This document shows, in pieces, positions 14,801 to 28,228 of a stretch of DNA of 64,000 bases (position 1 is its first letter; each line of letters opens with the position of its first letter). A model generated the notes under the pieces. That model ran no database searches, was not told the origin of the DNA, and saw only the letters and a list, made by a program, of their open reading frames with translations. The position numbers and the translations under genes were made by a program. The stretch is from contig CM114271.1 in the NCBI GenBank assembly GCA_050084515.1, positions 39,804,001 through 39,868,000 on the forward strand, in the 5' to 3' direction. This DNA comes from Blasia pusilla (taxonomy: Eukaryota).

Positions 14801-15100
14801 TAAAAGACGTATCCTCCATGTAGGATGGTGGTTTTGTGATCTTAATCAATATATGTGAGTAAACAAATCTTTCCAAGTGGTGGGAAGATCAACACATATG
14901 TTGTGTAGATCTGACCAAACATATAAATTATGTAGCGATATATTTGTGCTAAAGAGTTGTCATATTATAGTTCGTCAAATATTAAAGTCCTAGCGTCAAG
15001 TTTTCCAAAAGTGGAAGTCACTAGAGGGAGGGACATCGAAGCTCATTTTTCTTGTATACATCTTGTTGATCGCATATAACTCAAATTAAGCTTTTGATAT
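11850..15100. mobile_element. Highly decayed, unclassified TE-like region
   Basis: GC-rich end with TTAGGGTTTAGGGTTT followed by CpG-poor sequence with stop-riddled protein-like frames (e.g. ~12975-13300). No diagnostic motif recognised. Confidence 0.3.
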
Positions 15101-16712
15101 GAATATATTGCCTACTAATAAGGTGTTCGTGCGATGCACAAGAAATAAAAAAATGTGAGGAGTTAGTGTAAAATCCGTGAAGTGAAGAGATTAATGATGT
15201 TGCACATAAATTCAATTTTTTTTCCTGCTGCTCACGGTATGTGAAACATTTTCTCGCTGTTCAATTGTCACGTGTCAAATATAAAAGTGTTTGAAAATAA
15301 AGAAAACACTCTCACATAATAATATTGATTTGTCAAATTTTGTTATGATAGTTTATAAGGCTCAACTTGCCGATATCTCAGTCTTAAGATTTCCATCCCT
15401 ACTACTATGATTGGAATGCACTACAAAGGATTGTGACTAATTTGCCTATGACCTTCTTGAGCCCCCTTTCCCCTAAACCGGTGTGATCCTCGGAAATATC
15501 CCGAAAATCGGGATATTTCCAGGCAGGCAGGCATGAACCGGCGGTTGTCATCGGAACCGGAACTTCTTTCCCGTACAAATGCCGGTAAATCGCCATGTAC
15601 CGGCAGTTTCTCGTCGAGCTAGCTCTGTGTCGAAAGCCCGTCCAGATTCGTGGGGACGTCGACCGGGCTTTCCCTTCCGGCAACGGCCAACGTCAGTTTC
15701 CACCGGCCAGCTACGCTCCCATTGATCCACACCATCTACTAATCCATCTTTTTGGGGACCGGGGGGCAATCGAGTCTACCTTCGGATCCAAACGCTACGA
15801 AAGTCCCTCTCGGAAGTCAGTACCGGCCTTCATGTGAGGGGAGGAACGGGAGGGGGGAGATCGAGATTCCAGTCTACTTTTGGATCCAGACAGGCAATCC
15901 CAATTTCAGAGAGTTGGCACGGAGTCGATGTCAGCGGTGATATATGCAGGTGGCAGTTATAGCGCTTCCTCCCACGAGGAAATCACGGTGTTTCCTCTTC
16001 AAGAAAATAGTACGAGAAATGCAAGCCATGCAAACGGGATGAGAGGGTTTTCGGACATCGTGAGGTTGTGAGTAGAATTGAAGACGGCGTTCGGACAGCG
16101 TAAGAGACGAGCTTCTTAAGACTTAAGTACGAACGAACTAGTGAAGCGCAGTTCCGGAACTTCTGCTGGACGTAGCAGAAGAAATCTGACGCCGCTCTCA
16201 GATGTCAGAGGAGTGTCATACGTGAGGCGGGAAAACATCCGAACTAAAATATCTTCCTTTCCTTTCTAGCGGTGGGAGCTTAGGCTATGGAAGGAAGTCT
16301 TCCGAGTTTTAATTTGACGTGAGCTGCGGTCGATACTGTCCAACGACAAAACCGTCTGCCATTGGGATGATGTGCCACCGGATACACGTTCATAATGCCT
16401 ACCTACACATGATCAATTCTGGTTTGGAGTTGGTATTTTCTACGACTCGTCATAAATGAAGGAATTTCGAGCTGGCAAGAGACGGAGCGGACTGCGCCGC
16501 GATTGCCCGGCCTGGGGTGCATGAGTCCAGACATTCATTCTGTATGTACTGGTATATATTATCCGTTTGAAGGGAGGAGATATCGAAGGTTCGATCGGTC
16601 GGAAGAGTCGATCAGACCTACACGTACCGATTTGAGGATTCGCCGATCTTAGTTGGTGCTCGAAGCAGTGGGGTGGGAGGGTAGGTCTGGCCACGGTGCC
16701 CAAGCGCTTGCG

Positions 16713-18127
16713 ATGGAGGTGCAGATCCCGCTGTGGTGCGCAGTTGCAGCGCTGCTGTTCGGCAGTGCGTGGGGTGTGCAGCTGCAGGTTGGGAGTTTGG
16801 GAGCCAAGTTCTCTCTGGGAGCCGCGGCGGACGGAAGTTCCGATAGCGACCAAGATGTCGACAAAAGGAGCAGCTCCGGTCACGTTGCTGGCGGGAAGAA
16901 GCCAACAGTCTTCTCCGGACAAGTGTTGTGCATGAGCTGCGATCATGTTTCCACTCCTATTTTCGGTCGGTCCTTCTACACTTTCTTGGGTCGATGCAAA
17001 AGCGCTAGAAACCACTCAATGCCTCGCAGGCTTCTCGTGAGAGGGAAGGCCATCGATAAAGCCTTTGGAATCCTCCGGTCCAGTCCACGAGGATTCCGAA
17101 GGCTTTCGCGATCCCTCCCATATGTGAGCATCTACGTCTGAGTCTACTCAAACACTTTTTCCTTTTTGAGTGCATTTCTTGGGGCTTTTCTCCAATCGCT
17201 CACTAGTCCAGTGGAATAGCCGAAGATCATAGCTGAATCTTCCACACTTCAGCTTCAGGGAAAAGGGCCTGTTTCTGACATGCTTCTCACGTGCAGCTGA
17301 GTGGGCATTCGTTCGAGTATGGTAAGTGCAGTGTGCTTACTTTGTGGAAGATCAGGGACTTTGCCTTTCTCGGTCCTTGTGTGGGAGTTTATGGAAAGCT
17401 CGTTCTGCTCATGTGCGCCTGAACTCTCCTGCACAGTTGCCATTTGGAATCAACCTTTACCTCAACTACTTACACTTGTGCCGCCTTATCTGTGCTCGTA
17501 GGGGTTGAGGCGAATCTTCTGTGTCCACACCCTCCGCCAGGGGGGGGAACTCCAAAGGTGCAAATTATATCATCCGGAATTACCGGCGAAGATGGCTCTT
17601 TCCACCTATCAGTAGGTGATTCCTCCGTCACATTGCTGAGCCGATGTTTCATGAAGCTCGCCAAAAGCTCATCTTCGAACTCCAACTGCAACATTCCGAC
17701 CCTCAGCGAAGACGGTTTTGCTCTGTCCAGCCGCTTAAAGATCACGGACTCGGACTCTCTGGACCGAAAATACTCCGTCTCCTTCGAATTCCACCCTGCT
17801 TCATGCTCGATTGGTAGGAAGTTCCTCCGAGACGAGAATGAAAATCCCGAGGGTAGACATACTGGCCACCATGGTCATCATCCGGGGTCTGGATTCCGTC
17901 CTGAAGAGGAAGAACCTCAACGTCAACTCCTAGGAACCGTCAAGGCGTCTGTCACCATTCCTCCCATCCCAGAAATTCCTCCCATTCCACAAATTCCTCC
18001 TATCCCACAAATTCCCTCCATTCCTCAAATCCCAGCTATCCCAAAAATCCCCCCGATTCCAGCCACCCCGTCGGAGTCTAGCAGCACTGCGAATCACGAG
18101 GACCACTCCACCGATTCCTCGCCTTGA
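16713..18127 (+). CDS. Secreted Pollen Ole e 1 allergen/extensin-family proline-rich protein (~292 aa); exons 16713-16965 and 17502-18127
   Basis: Signal peptide MEVQIPLWCAVAALLFGSAWG; GQVLCMSC..PIF|GVEANLLC..TGEDGSF..C.MKL..S....CNIP Ole e 1 Cys pattern; phase-1 GT-AG intron; C-terminal IPPIPQ repeats; TATA-like tatatatta near 16554. Confidence 0.85.
17957..18061 (+). repeat. Coding 18-bp tandem repeat (IPxIP[Q/E/K]) x ~6
   Basis: Translates as IPPIPE IPPIPQ IPPIPQ IPSIPQ IPAIPK IPPIP. Confidence 0.85.
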
Positions 18128-21100
18128 CCTAGACCTTTCAAGTCGAGTTGGAGGATTCGCTCTTCTCAGATCGCTTGAGCTACAGTCCACTCCCAGCGCC
18201 CGTCGCCACTAAAGCGTTTGAATTTGGAATATTAGGCATCTGTGGTCAGGAGATATATACAACGCAGGTTGATCACCGTCTCGAAACTCAAGTAGATGCT
18301 CAAGCTGCGTGGAATGTTTTCATATGGTAGGGCACGTCGGTAGCTGTACATCATACGTCTAACTTAAAAAATGTAAGTGTAACTACGATAACAATTAGCG
18401 TTTGGAATGAGAAACGAGCCCAGCGACAACAAGAATTGTCGCCTTTCAAGCAGAGTACTTGCACCCTCCTGTGTAAGCGCGCCCTGAATGAGCTCTGAAG
18501 AAAACTCCAAAGCAAGCCAGCCCGTAATCTCGTTGTGACAAAATTGTCTGCTCGGTGAAGAATTGTAATAAAGCATCGAGAATTGCAGATGCTGATTGTC
18601 CGTCCCGTGAGAGGTAGTCAAATCGCTGGTTCGCACCTCGATGAGTCGGTTACATTGCGTGCCAGCCCAACGGGTGTTCCAGAACTCGGAGAAAGGTCGC
18701 CGCTGGATCGAGCTCGGCATCTCGAACACGAACAGAATTATTCACGATGAGCGTCATTCGTACAAGGAAAACTTCACAGCATTCGAAAGGAATCTCCCAT
18801 TGCAACGGTTTGTGTTCAATTCCAGAGGAAGCCTGAATTTGATGAAAGATGCGAAACGGATTGTACTAATGAGGAAGAAATTCGAGTCGTGAGAAAATGT
18901 TCAATCATGACCAATTATTGTGAAGAATGGAGAAGTTGGAGAATGGGAATTGGATCGCGAAAGCGGATTGCTTCACTATGTATTGTGAACACATTGCAGT
19001 TGTTAAGACTAGTTTGAACTGTGCTTGCATTTTGCTACAATGTCATGCGCTCATATGCCGTCTCTACTCATTCCGTCGATTCTACCTCCAGGAAGATAGA
19101 CGATCCCTATTGGAATCATCAGAACCAGGAGAATGGAGAGATTCGTCGAGGAAACGTTCAAATGGCTCTGGGTTAGAATTCCTGGAATACTAACAGCCAA
19201 AATCAGCTCACTTGTCGACTACATGTAATTAACCGTAACCGGTTGAGACGCTGCACGGCCTTTCACATCGTATGTTCTCCTGGTAAAGTGCCTTTAATGC
19301 ATGAATGAGTGTAAGGTGCCCGTTTTGCTCTAGTTTCAAGTCCAAAAATCAAGGAAAAGCATGGGTGTATCCGAGAAAATTCCGTGTTACCTGCAAAGAG
19401 TACGCAATGTGGAGCAGCTGCGGTTCAACTCCATAGCTCTTTCATATCTTTCAGAGACTAATACAGACCCCTGCCTCTTCTCAATTAGGCTTCAGTAATC
19501 CATGGGCATTCTAGAAATGATTTATTCGGAACTAGGCTTGCACTCCATCGTAAGTCACAGAGTTGATGCGTAAGCCGAATCACAAATCAGAGTTTCTAAA
19601 CTTAGGTCCCAAATTGCCTGGACCAGTTCGGTTTGTGAACGAGACACGAGAGCGTTGCGGAAAAGCGTGAACTGGAAAAATAGGGAATGGATCCATTGCG
19701 ATGGATCCATGGGGTCAATCGCAGAAAAAATGAGTCAGAAAAGCGGCCACATATCAGAGTTACTGACACCGTGAAAAGTCTCCTCCCTGTAATGTGTCTT
19801 ACATGTTGATGAAAAAATCCAGAGGTGTGATAACTTTGATTAGCTAACACACGAATAGAGGCATAGATTGTTGAGCCTAACTAGAAGCTGTGCCTATGCT
19901 GTAATTATTTGGAACTCACTTCACCCTAGTTCGTATGGGACATGAGAGCTGCTTGGAGTAGCGCCTGTGAGACTATCTGATACAATCTCACTCTTGGAAA
20001 CACGCTGTTCCGAATGCATCCAAACTATTAAATAGAATAGCTCTCCTGGTTCATCGTGATGTGACGATTGGATCGCCAGGTCATGATATTTCGGCTCCTC
20101 TCCTGCTTCGTGTATGTGATCTCGTGAGCGGGCAGGATTAGCGTCAGAGGATACTGGAGCGGCCTGGGAGCGCCAGACAATCTGCAGATCAAGTACTTGG
20201 TGTGATCGGATCAAGTGAATGCACAAGGAATAACCTTTGGGACAGTTCCGATCGTGTGCAAGCGAGTGCCGGGGGAAAGGAACCATTATGAGCGAAAGCT
20301 CTGAGCACCCTCTTCTGGGAATTGTAGTCGGCAAAAATGGAGGTTGACAGAAACGAGTAATTTACTCGATTTATTCGGGCCTATACGGAGAAGGTTTCTC
20401 TAAGATAATCACCATCAGACATGGTAACCGAAAAATTCACAAGGTTGCTATAATGCGCAAATAGATCTTGAACGACTCGCGTTCAAGAAAACCGAGTACT
20501 GCAGTTGAAACGAAAGCAATTCTAGCGATCTGGCCTCTAATCCTCCTGTGGCCTTCTTGGTTGGAGCTATGGATTCTTGCCAGCACTTCAATATCGGAGA
20601 AATGTAAAATAAAAGTGGAAATATTTGTAGACCGGGAGGAAGACGATTTTCTTACAAGAGACCCATTTCTCGGGCATGAAGATGGGCACACTCAATAAGG
20701 AAAGGCTTCAATGACTAATGAGGTACAACGGAGGTGTAAAGCTGAATCCTAGAGTAGTCTACCTTTGCTCCTACCACCGATCTCCTTGAAATACCTCGCA
20801 TTGGCTCATGCATACGAAATACACAGCTTAATTTGGCTGATATGCCGTAGGCTTCCTATGTTATGTATATGCAATCGCGCATTGAATAGTGCCACTCTCT
20901 TCACATGGAAGTCACTCTCGGTCGTGAATGGTATCCTCTCATCCTACGACGTGCCAAATGCAAACCAAGAGAATCCAACCTCTCACAACACTCATAGTAT
21001 GTTGAAGGGACCACAAATGGTCGGGGAAGTGTAACCATCCTTTGTTACTAAAAGTCTATACCTTATAGCGCATGAGTGGGTACGAACCAACCAAAAATAA

Positions 21101-21538
21101 AAAAAGACATATAACATTTGATCAAGATGAGAGTGGACTAGTAGGTTGGTGAAAGGTAAGATACGAATGACGTAGATAATAGAAGAACACCAAAGTCCAA
21201 AGAAGATCCACTCAATCAAGGAGACCACGTGGGATAAGGATGGATAGAGCTATTTTTTCTTCATTCTATTTATCTCTAAGTATGTAAAGGAAGGCGAGGA
21301 AGGAAGAAGAGAGGCCTCGGAGGGTATTCTTCTTTTGTGCAATTCTACAGTGGTTTTATGAGTTTGAGATTTACGACGGTATCAGATAAAGGTTGCTCTT
21401 TCAATGAGAGTGGATTATCCTTTTTGGAAGAATAACCAAGTAATGATCTCATGTAATGAATTTCGAGAGGCTTGTTAGAGTCTAATATTGGCCATTAAGC
21501 TACAAGTAGAGTATGGAGGAAGGGTTGTTTTGCAAATA

Positions 21539-21754
21539 ATGGATGTAGGGGTAGTAAGAGTGACTCATAAATTTCCATTTCTAAAAATATTCGCCATCAA
21601 ACTCTTACATCTAGATAGACATTGGTTCACAAGATACCTCGTATATCATGGTGAAGCTTTCATCACACAAGTGATGGATTCTAGTTTCTTGACGATCCTT
21701 CCAATTGTTACATATGATTGTGTATGGGATTGCATTATTTATATCTTATTTTAA
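21539..21754 (+). CDS. Small ORF-A (71 aa) inside LTR, unknown function
   Basis: MDVGVVRV..DRHWFTRYLVYH..ILPIVTY..WDCIIYILF*; homologous start-to-stop to the ORF at 33632-33879. Confidence 0.55.
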   Translation: MDVGVVRVTHKFPFLKIFAIKLLHLDRHWFTRYLVYHGEAFITQVMDSSFLTILPIVTYDCVWDCIIYILF

Positions 21755-22888
21755 ACGAGATATGGGGGATGGACTTGGATAGGCTCCTATAAGTGTTTAT
21801 ACATACTCAATGTATAGTCAATACGGCTTCTCGATCCAAGGTAGCAAATAGAGAGTTGATATTTTATAAGACGTTTTTGGCCAAAAGTATTATGATGAGG
21901 TATTGCGTCTCCATTGCCTTTTGTAATCCTCGTTGTATGAAATGAGCAAATGTATATCTTGATGTTAAATTAGAGTGGTAGTTAAGGATCTAGAGAAAGC
22001 CACGTGGAGTGACGATGGAAGACATTTTGAGAGAGATGATTCATAAATTGAGAGGATTCAGAGTTGCATTTGACCAAAGTCAAAACCAAGTCCAAGAATT
22101 AGTATAACCACTTGCTTCGATAAAACGAGTGTGTATAACATAAAGAGTGGTGGATATGGATGTCCAAGCGTCATTGATATTGAAAATTGAATATGACAAA
22201 GGCATGTAAGGTAGAAGCATTCAAAGGAGATCAAGACATTTGGATATTAGAGGTTGGATCATTCATATGGAAATCCTCTTATCCCTTTTCAACATTGTTG
22301 ATCACATTATAGGAATTTTTACAAGATTGATATGGTATCAAGGATGGAAGAGATCTTTGATTGAAATGGATCGAAAAATCACGTGGAACTGGATGAAGCA
22401 AGGGCTAGTGCAAAATTTCCAAGATATGGATCTCATCCACATTAGTAGAATGAGCATTAGTAGTATTTATCATTGAAAATAATAATGATCATAAAAATTG
22501 GAGAAGAATAATAATCATGATAATCATAATGAAACTATGAAGATTAGAATAGAAAGGTAGTATCGATGACTACATCAAGGATTTTTGTGACTTACAAATA
22601 CAAATTCGTGACACGAGTAGGACAAAAGCCCTCAATCTATTCAAAATAGGCGTAAAGAGGAAGATGTGTCGAAAAGAAACTTGAGATAACCCCAAAAATA
22701 TCAATCAAGAAACAAGAAGAGATTGTTGCTTCCATGAGCAACCCATATGGATCCACAACCATGGAGTTTGATAACCTTTGAGCATGAGATGGTTACGCAC
22801 CACAAAGATTTAATGAAAGGATGTCAATGAAGAGAGATCGGAACTCTAATCTACAAGGGGTGGCTCCTAGAACCGACGGGGTTCTTAA

Positions 22889-23187
22889 CAAGGTTGCATG
22901 TGGACAAAGTTCATGTCCGTGGGTATGTCCATGTCCGTGAACTTATGTCTGTCCTATCGAAGGACTTGTCCGTATGGGCCCCATCCTTTCCCTACTTTCT
23001 TATTCCCCTTACTTGCCTTCGTGTTCCATACTCCCGAATTTCTTCCTCCCTCATTGCTCCGCTCATCCTTGTCTTGCCTTCCATCATGGACTAAAAGTAT
23101 GGGTCCCACCTCTTGGAACCCATGTCGGTGGACATGCCCATACTTGTCCGTCCTAAGGAAGAACTTGTCCGTTTTTTTGCAAAGATG
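22889..23187 (+). mobile_element. hAT-type MITE copy inserted in the Gypsy element
   Basis: Ends caaggttgca...tgcaaagatg; TSD gttcttaa/gttcttag; internal sequence matches 27621-27950. Confidence 0.85.
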
Positions 23188-26100
23188 GTTCTTAGAGGAG
23201 GGAGAGAATAAGAAGTCCAACGAGATATGTGCCAATATTTTGAGTGTGGAAGATGTAGTGATATAGACATGAATTTTCACTTTCATAGTCTAAAAAATAG
23301 GCCACATCCTCCTATTAATCATCTTGAAGGGGAAGACATGCATGAAGATGAAAAGAACCTGGACCTCATAAAAACGCCAACCACCAACAATCTCTTATCG
23401 CGGATTTTCTAGTTTTACAAAAGGAAGAAACAAAAAGAATCAACATAAATATATGGAGGTAAATGGTTCGGAGAGGGGAGAACCCCATCTCACTCTTGCA
23501 TCTCACTATCGTAGATGGGGAAGTAGAGGGATTCCAAGTTAGAGTATTGATTGATTGTAGTGCACAAAAAAATCCATAATAGTAACTTTCTTCTTGCTTT
23601 AGATAGGAATCAAATGAAGAGGTAGAATTTCCAAAAGGAAAATAGAAAGAATTGAGAAGCTTCCTCGAAGTATAGAGTTCACGATATGAAAGTATTATGA
23701 AGAGTTGGAGTTTAAGGTCATTTGATTAACACTTTATGATGCTATCTTAGGGATATCTTGAGTGGAATAGTACAATCTAGTACAATCCAAGGGTGGAATA
23801 TTTATGAAGATAGAGTTAGATCACGTCCAAGAATTGTATCCTTATATGTAATAGGAAAAACTGCCATCAAACATCAAAATGTGTGTTTTTCTTCTTTAAT
23901 AAGAGATGTTGGTGGTTTAAAAAAGTATTTAGAGGTAATAGACAAGTTGAGAGAAGTATTGAAGAAGTTCGAGGATGTATTCCAAGAAAACTCACCATCA
24001 AGGTTTCACCCCCAAACGAAGGCTACACCAAAATATTGATATCCCTCCAAGAAGCATGCAACCATATAAGGCTCCTTACTGTCGTGCTTGAATTGCAAGA
24101 ATGTGAGGCCCACGTGGAGAAGATGGTATAGAAAAACTTCATCCAACCAAGCATCTCGCCATATGGAGCCCAATTCTTTTTGTGTAAAAGAAGGATGGAA
24201 GCATGTGACTCTATATCGATTATAAACCATTGAATCAACACAGCCTGAGCCTCCATTGCGCTGTCTTAGGCCCAAAGCTGAGCTCTTGCAGTCTGTCACT
24301 TTAAGTATCTGCTTCTCATTTCAGAGAGATATACACGTTGTACTCTATGTAATAAATTGTCTCACAATTTTGAAATCCCTACATCTTTTTGGGACTTAGA
24401 CGTAATCATTTGCACGGTAGAGTCTCTCCATCCCACTACTACAATGAGTGGGATGGGATTGATACCAAAACTTGTTCCTATTTCAATCCCGATATTCTTA
24501 AATTTTATAAAGACTTTTAAAATCTAAATAGTCAAATGAAATGAATAGCTTAGCTTGGAAAGAAAAGTTGTTGATTAAAGAAACACCAAACAATACATGG
24601 TCACAATTGCTACCTTTGGTCTCCTAGAGCCATTTTTTTTATTATTACACGAACAAGAAATATTCAAATCAATCTTTTCGATCATATGGATACAAAAGAG
24701 GAAACTATTTTAGAAACATTATTAGTATTTCAACAACTTTTTGGTTTTATGTTTGAATCATACTCATATTTCTTGTTTTTGGTTGAACAAGCCAACGGAA
24801 GAAAGTGATCCATTAACAAACGTGGTTGATTATTTTTTAGCGCAATGTCTATCGTCATAATCATTTTACACTCTAGTTTTTAATATGAAAGAGAGGTTAT
24901 GATCTAATAGGGCTACTTAGTCAACAAAGCATATCCAAGTAACGGGGTCCCTACTTTCACAATCAAGGTCGTAGGCTTGATGGGCAGGGTTTGGTTGCTT
25001 ACTTTATGGCAAAAAGCTTTCTTGATATATAAAACACCAAGTTCTATAAAACCAAAGAAATCTCCGGATCTTTCCTTCTCAACCATTTCAGCAAAGGAAA
25101 TCGTAAAGCCAAAGAAGCACTACATGCCTCTAAAGGCAAAGATGGGAGCAAAAAGAGAAAATTCTTTGCATGTTTTTAGCACTCCCTTGGCAAGGATCCA
25201 AGGGAAAAGCACCTAAACCCTTGTGGTGTTTGACAAAACAAAGTCCCTCGGCAAGGACCCCTTTTTTTTTTCAATGGTAAAATAGTGTCCAAGAAAAAAG
25301 GGCTAAAAACTTTTGGTCTAAAATTTGACCAGATCATAGCCTCTAAGGTCTTAGCTCTATGCCTTCTTTTGACAAGAAAGTGCAATCCTCTGTAATTTCA
25401 CAATAAAAATTTAGAGCATAGTCTACGAAAAAATTTTTTTTTTTTTTTCAAAAATAGATCTTGTTCTTACAAAAATATTCAAGCTCACGGATAAGGGCCA
25501 TAGACAAAAGAAAGTATATATTTTACGACCAAATAAAAATATTTTAGTTTTTGGCAAATAACGGGATTCCAACCCATGCTTTCATATCCACAATCTACAA
25601 CTTTAACCCCTAAGTTATATCTTTTTTTATTTTTAAATAAGATACTTGCTATCATATTCGAACGGATATTCCGTTAGAATTTGAGTTTGCCGCATTTGAA
25701 ATTTCACCAAGTGAGTCTTGGGTTTTGTTAGGAATATATTGAAAATTTGTACTAGTTGTGCAACTCCTTTTTGCATTACTCGGAGACCCTTGATGAAATT
25801 CACCTTATGCTTTCAGAGACTCACTTATCGATGAGACTTCAAGGCTAAGGACCTCAGACCAAAATAACTAAGCCAATCTACACGTTAGGAGGTATGTACA
25901 CCTCTTTTATATGTTGCATAAACCTATCAAGCATGTAAGATTTAGGTGCTTTAGCCAAAACTAATGCTTGTTTACCTATAACCTTGTTATTACAATGTTT
26001 TCGTTTGCAAGAATATCTCTATTAGATGGATTTTGTAGCAAAAATTTTTTTTTCCGCTTTAGGCTTATGGGGCCCACTTACTATCCTTCATACGAGTAGT

Positions 26101-26339
26101 AACTTACTAGCGTTATCACTTGGTTTTATTGTATATGCTTTATGAAAATAATGTATTTTGAGCCCCACCCTCACCCCAACCTAGCTTAGCCGGACCCTAG
26201 GCCCTCTGAGCCCGTAATGTAGAAACGGGCTCGTGTTGCCTCCACCCATTTTGTAGCCCACATGAAACCCGCGCGTAGCATGCGGCAAGCCCACAGGGCC
26301 GACCGGGCCCTCATTCACCATGAACTATAAGTGTGAACT

Positions 26340-26400
26340 ATGAACCTTTTGCAATTCATGTCCAAACTTCTCCGTCCATGTCCATTTTTGTGCAACCATG
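26340..26400 (+). mobile_element. 3' end fragment of the same MITE family
   Basis: tccaaactt..ccgtccatgtcc..tttttgtgcaaccatg matches the 3' end of the 27621 copy; no 5' end found. Confidence 0.55.
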
Positions 26401-27620
26401 TTATTGGCGCTGTTGGAAAATATCCACATATTGGATTGCATACTTGGTTTCCCGATGCAATCAAATGCTTTTTCAATATTTGAGGGCTCTCATGTGCCAT
26501 TAGTTACATTCCAAAAATCTCACTAGATGCTGGAATCTAAATGAGAGTCCCTATCACGGAAAAATATCTCATTTTGACCAATCAGTAGGAAATCTATCAG
26601 GGTCAAATCCACTCGGCAAAGTCAAGGCCAAAGGAGCTCTCTAGGATCTCTGTACGTAAGACCTCTTGTTCAAAATGGAATCTCTCCCAAACTCAATGGC
26701 ACGAAGGGTATGAAGAGCAGTAAGGGAGGCCTGGAGGTAGGGGATTTTTTTTGTTTGATACCGCCCTACACTGTCAACAAGAAAAGAAATAAAAAATAAC
26801 AGGTAAATATTGACCAAAGAAAGGGCAGAAACTTCTAAAGTTTTGGAAAAATCTAGATTTTTCGCATAAATTATTTTCATGTATGAAAGAAAAACCGCCT
26901 TATTTTAAGGTGGGGGATATAGAAGAATAGGAGGAAAATTATAAGAATGCAAGAAATGAAAAACGCTTCACTAAAAACTTGTAGCATCCACATGTGCAAA
27001 GATGCAAATGAAAGAAAATAGAGAGGCCCAAGTGCATGAGGGATGCCTTTTTAGCCTTTTGAGTTGGTTTACAAGTCAAGTGCAAGTCTTGAGCAAGTCT
27101 CTTGTGAGTCTGACATGCAACTATTGTGCAAGTTGGGTGCAAGTTTTGGCATTCATATGCCTCGAAAAGTCTTATTAGAGTGACTTCAAAGACCCTCAAG
27201 ACTTTGCGACTCTTAAAATCTGCATAGTGACTAATTTGCGACTGGCAAGACTTGCAATAAAAGTTGCAAATTGTGGTTTTTAAGATTCTAAGACTCGTAA
27301 TTTAGTCATAATTGTGTGAGTGGTTAGAGACACTATGGAAAATTTTTCAGGTTGTTTGCAAGTAAGGGAAGCCACATACTACTCATAGTGGATCCACGAC
27401 TCCACAAAGACGACAAATAGACGCTATGGGACAATAACTTATATCTCAAATATCTCCCATTGAGTGCTTCTTAGCTTTCTATTTTCTACTGATGTCATGA
27501 CCAAAGAGGAAAGCGTATGCACAATACATGCCTCTAGTATATGCCCCAAGTATCAAAGGATGATTGCATATATACACGATAGGATAGGTTGGAAATTCAT
27601 CCTCGGACACAAAATTTGAT

Positions 27621-27950
27621 CAAGGTTGCATGTGGACAAAGTCCGTGTCCGCGGACATATCCATGTCCGTGGACTTATGTCCATCCTATGGAAGGACTTG
27701 TTCTTATGGGCCCCACCTTTCCCTTCTTTCTCATTCTCCTTACTTGCCTTCGTGTTCCATACTCCCCCATTTCTTCCTCCCTCCGCCTCCACTCTCCCCT
27801 CCCTCATTGCTCCTCTCATCCTTGCCTTGACTTCCATCATGGACTAAAAGTGTGGGTCCCATCTTTTGGAACCCATGTCCGTGGATATATCCAAACTTGT
27901 CCTTCCATGTCCGTCCTTAGGAAGGATTGGTCCGTTTTTGTGCAACCATG
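27621..27950 (+). mobile_element. hAT-type MITE (330 bp)
   Basis: TIRs caaggttgca/tgcaaccatg; perfect 8-bp TSD aatttgat on both sides. Confidence 0.92.
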
Positions 27951-28228
27951 AATTTGATGCAAGCATAAAGGACGACATGGATGGATACTTGTTCCGTGAG
28001 ACTATCAAATGGGTTCTTCGATCCATGCCAACACCACCACCACCCCTTGAGATTGAGGTTGACCACCAATCTTGAGCTCTTGAGCATCTAATGTCGGCCT
28101 TTGATCACCTGATCCCATAGTAAAGGTACACAACCTCGATTCTAGATGCGAAAGGATATTGTACACACCCTGCCCAACAAAGATGGCTTTGTGTTGTTGG
28201 ATGTCTATTTATTATGTTGTGTAGGACG

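Larger units (their letters stand above)
21043..24240 (+). mobile_element. Degenerate Ty3/Gypsy LTR retrotransposon, 5' part (putative LTR 21043-22140, gag, protease, start of RT)
   Basis: TGTTA...TAACA ends, PBS-like tggtggatatg just after 22140; gag remnants (DIRGWIIHME, GSIDDYIKDFCDLQIQI, DP.PME); protease VRVLIDCSA and YDAILG; RT start FEDVF, IQPSISPYGA, IDYKPLN. Many stops and frameshifts; LTR start is approximate. Confidence 0.75.

Noticed and set aside
15113-15145. Reverse-strand Helitron 3' end-like motif
   Set aside because: Too degenerate, and no matching 5' end or coding remnant to support it.
15300-15700. Telomerase RNA candidate (CCCTAAACC at 15471, USE-like tctcacataat, tttataa)
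   Set aside because: USE-TATA spacing (~32 bp) does not fit plant Pol III promoters, and I see no G-rich 5'/C-rich 3' closing stem or pseudoknot; telobox-like motifs are common.
22894-23286. Recurrent peptides such as MHVDKV.. and MWTKS.. (also near 27626, 36954, 43952)
   Set aside because: They are translations of non-coding MITE copies; frames are not preserved between copies.
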